DNA of 60,518 nucleotides, counting the filler. It is 4 parts of 4 records of this genome, joined end to end, with 100 filler letters (N's around TTAATTAATTAA, not from the genome) between each part and the next. Parts side by side here need not be neighbours in the genome. Positions count along the whole stretch, not along the records: positions 51,073 to 60,518 come from SRR31156797_12565; 3 more parts are not named here. One strand, 5' to 3'. Made by a program: the position numbers and the translations under genes. The notes under the pieces were generated by a model, which saw only the letters and a list, made by a program, of their open reading frames with translations, made no database searches and was not told where the DNA came from. Shown in pieces: positions 58,399-60,518 of this stretch. Within the stretch, counting starts at the first letter, position 1; every line of letters begins with the position of its first letter.

Positions 58399-60518
58399 TC
58401 ATCCCCCCTTTCCGGGTCTGCTGTTTCTTCATCGTAGAGAAATGCCCTGAGTCTTTCTTCCATTCCGGTTTCCTCTGCCTTGCCGCATTTCTGGCGGACA
58501 AGCACGCCGTTTACATAAAAGGATTCATACCCCTCCACATCGAGGCTGTACACGGTGGCCGGGGTTGGGGTCCGCCGTATTGTCGTGATTTCGGCCCGTC
58601 CGTTGTCCGGCATGGAGAGAATTTCTCCGGATGCCAGTTCCCCGGCCGCCACCCACCTTTTCTTCCTCAAGGACCAGAAAAGGTGTTCATCCGTGGTTTC
58701 AAGCCGTCCCCGGGCAACGGTTCCATCCCCGGTAAAGTGGGTATACTGAATTTCAAGAACATGATCGGATTCCCGGGTATAAACCTCCGAAATCCTTGCC
58801 GTGCCGCCGTCCCAGGCCATGACACGGTCTCCCGGCCTGACGGTGCCGATGGGCCGCCGGCTTCCGTCGGCCATGCGTACCGGGCTTCCCGCCGTAAAGC
58901 ACCCCTTTCCGCCGGTGCCGACGGAATATTTCGCATGATCGCCGCCGCCCCCACCGCCTCCGCCGATGTCGAAGAATGACCCGACAATGCATCCGGCAAA
59001 TTGCGCCAATGTGCCGACAATGGCTTCGACACCCGCAACGCCCGACGCAATGGCCCAGCCCGCTATCAGGCTGCAGCCGACCGCCGCGCCCGTCGGGGAC
59101 ACGCCGCAGTTGGCCACTCCCCTGGCGCCGATGGCCGCAAGCCCTCGAATAAAATCCGAGGGATCAAAGACCGCGGAGGCGCAGTTGGATACGGCATTGC
59201 CGGGAAGCAAGGCGTCCTGTCCCCTGTAGGTGAACCGAATCGGTATCTCCACGGTCTCCATGGCGTTCAGCCGGGGCAGGTAGGTGACCAGGGGCTCCAT
59301 GCGGGAGGCCCCGTTATCAAAGACCGAAAGCGTGACATCATCCACGGCCTTGAGTCCATAGTTGGACAGGTTTGCAATGATCGTTGTCGTAAAACCCGGT
59401 TCCACAGTCCCAAAATCGATATAGGGGGTGTCAAACATGATCACCGGCATGGGCACATGGGTTTCAAATGTCTGCTCGATCTTGATTTCATAGCGGTCCG
59501 TAAAGGCCACGGGCTCGACATTGAAGGTCACGGTCACCAGGTTCTTGTTCAGTACCTCCTCCACCAGGACCGTCTGGTCCCCCACGATATCAACCACCCC
59601 GCTGACCGAATTATGGCCGGGTGCCGTGATCTGGTAGGTCCAGGAACCGATGCCGAGTCCGTAAAGGGTCACCTGGCCGTTGAGATCCGTTTCAGGGGAG
59701 ATGACCTGTTCATGGATGGTATTGTTGAAGATCCGGACCGTGGCATCTTTCACCGGCTGTTCGATGCTGTTGGTGACCGTAAACATGGCCGACCCTTCCA
59801 GGTGGGAGGTGATGAGGGGATATACGTTTACATTGAATTCCTGGACCGAATTGGATCCGGTAATGACGAATTTGTCATTGTAATCCCCGAATTCCGTATC
59901 CCCGGGCGGTGCGATGATGACATCAAAGGTCCTGGATTCACCCACCTTGATGTCCCCAAGGTCAACGGCTCCCTGGGAGTTCCGGGGCAGGTTTGTGGTT
60001 ATCCAGGGCAGGTCCCCGGGCAATGCCATGGTGGCATCGGTGAGATCCATGAGGCCCTGGTTCTTGACCGTCACCGGCACTGTTTTAATGACGCCCCTGT
60101 CAATGCTGGCCTCCACATAACCGGTGCCGGGTTCCGTCATGGTGAGCACGGGAACCGCGGGCACCAGGCTCACGGAACCGGAGAAGACACTGGCGGCGCC
60201 CTGGGCGGATATCAATCTATAAACCACCTGGGCATCGTCCGGCGCATCCCCATCCGCCCGGAGTTTGAGGGTCACGGTCCGGGTCTCCCCGGGCGGGAGG
60301 GTAAATCCGTCCGGAAAAATCGCCTCCCCATGTAAGGTATCCACGGGAATCTCTTCATCGGCGGCATCCAGGGTACTGGCGCTGAATGCCATGGTAAAAT
60401 GAGAGAGGGGCATATCCCCTGGATTGACCAGGCTGATCACGAAATCCAGGACATCCGCCTTGGACGAGCGAATGGTGGCCTCGGAGGGTGATGCATACAT
60501 GCGGTAGAAGCTGAACCG
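58395..60518 (-). CDS. Large Ig-like surface protein with C-terminal Hint domain, 5' end outside the window
   Basis: Beta-rich repeats, carboxypeptidase-regulatory-like segment, Cys/Ala/Gly-rich helix region, Gly8, then CFTAGSPVRMADG..TTDEHLF..VYSLDVEG..FYVNGVLVRQ. Confidence 0.88.
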   Translation of the reverse strand, partial: RFSFYRMYASPSEATIRSSKADVLDFVISLVNPGDMPLSHFTMAFSASTLDAADEEIPVDTLHGEAIFPDGFTLPPGETRTVTLKLRADGDAPDDAQVVYRLISAQGAASVFSGSVSLVPAVPVLTMTEPGTGYVEASIDRGVIKTVPVTVKNQGLMDLTDATMALPGDLPWITTNLPRNSQGAVDLGDIKVGESRTFDVIIAPPGDTEFGDYNDKFVITGSNSVQEFNVNVYPLITSHLEGSAMFTVTNSIEQPVKDATVRIFNNTIHEQVISPETDLNGQVTLYGLGIGSWTYQITAPGHNSVSGVVDIVGDQTVLVEEVLNKNLVTVTFNVEPVAFTDRYEIKIEQTFETHVPMPVIMFDTPYIDFGTVEPGFTTTIIANLSNYGLKAVDDVTLSVFDNGASRMEPLVTYLPRLNAMETVEIPIRFTYRGQDALLPGNAVSNCASAVFDPSDFIRGLAAIGARGVANCGVSPTGAAVGCSLIAGWAIASGVAGVEAIVGTLAQFAGCIVGSFFDIGGGGGGGGDHAKYSVGTGGKGCFTAGSPVRMADGSRRPIGTVRPGDRVMAWDGGTARISEVYTRESDHVLEIQYTHFTGDGTVARGRLETTDEHLFWSLRKKRWVAAGELASGEILSMPDNGRAEITTIRRTPTPATVYSLDVEGYESFYVNGVLVRQKCGKAEETGMEERLRAFLYDEETADPERGDE

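Noticed and set aside
58491-58901. Mobile intein or polymorphic toxin
   Set aside because: No endonuclease insert, no HN-C/S/T junction, and the C-terminal tail is only 31 aa with no toxin or immunity gene
44134-60335. Long antisense or overlapping ORFs (for example 45486-46361, 47645-48898, 55000-56109, 57073-58182, 59001-60335)
   Set aside because: Shadow frames of well-supported genes in GC-rich DNA
1-60518. CRISPR array, rRNA, or intact transposase/integrase
   Set aside because: No regularly spaced repeat-spacer array, rRNA-like sequence or recombinase motifs were seen

Overview
The window is four unrelated contigs joined by artificial 100-nt linkers (N44-TTAATTAATTAA-N44 at 14097-14196, 43916-44015 and 50973-51072), so synteny must not be read across them. 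Contig 1 (1-14096) holds a sigma54-type selenocysteine formate dehydrogenase operon (fdnG with in-frame UGA and SECIS, HybA-like and HybB/NrfD-like subunits, FdhD-MobA fusion), a Moco/Tuco-like RNA motif before mobB, a heme-sensor diguanylate cyclase, a two-component system and a sigma54-driven small ORF. Contig 2 (14197-43915, Desulfobacterota-like) starts with a truncated tRNA-Gly and carries housekeeping genes (hisB, ttcA, asnS, hflX with a probable AUA start, pyrE, glmS, tamAB, secreted DNA ligase, SNF2 helicase). It ends in an accessory region with an acyl-CoA ligase remnant, a 178-bp concentric palindrome, a frameshifted Abi-alpha gene, a PLD-like/kinase-like/TIR fusion and an att-like end. 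Contig 3 (44016-50972) is clearly GC-richer and probably from another organism: MFS transporter, acyltransferase-ACP-ligase fusion, DUF5009 protein, lamin-tail-domain protein. Contig 4 (51073-60518) is a tightly coupled operon of exported proteins: a large protein ending in a non-canonical Hint domain, a beta-propeller/Ig partner, a Cys-less double rhodanese, a metzincin and a dockerin/FN3 protein. The best candidates for new biology are the Hint operon and the kinase-TIR fusion. All family assignments come from reading motifs by eye; no searches were run.
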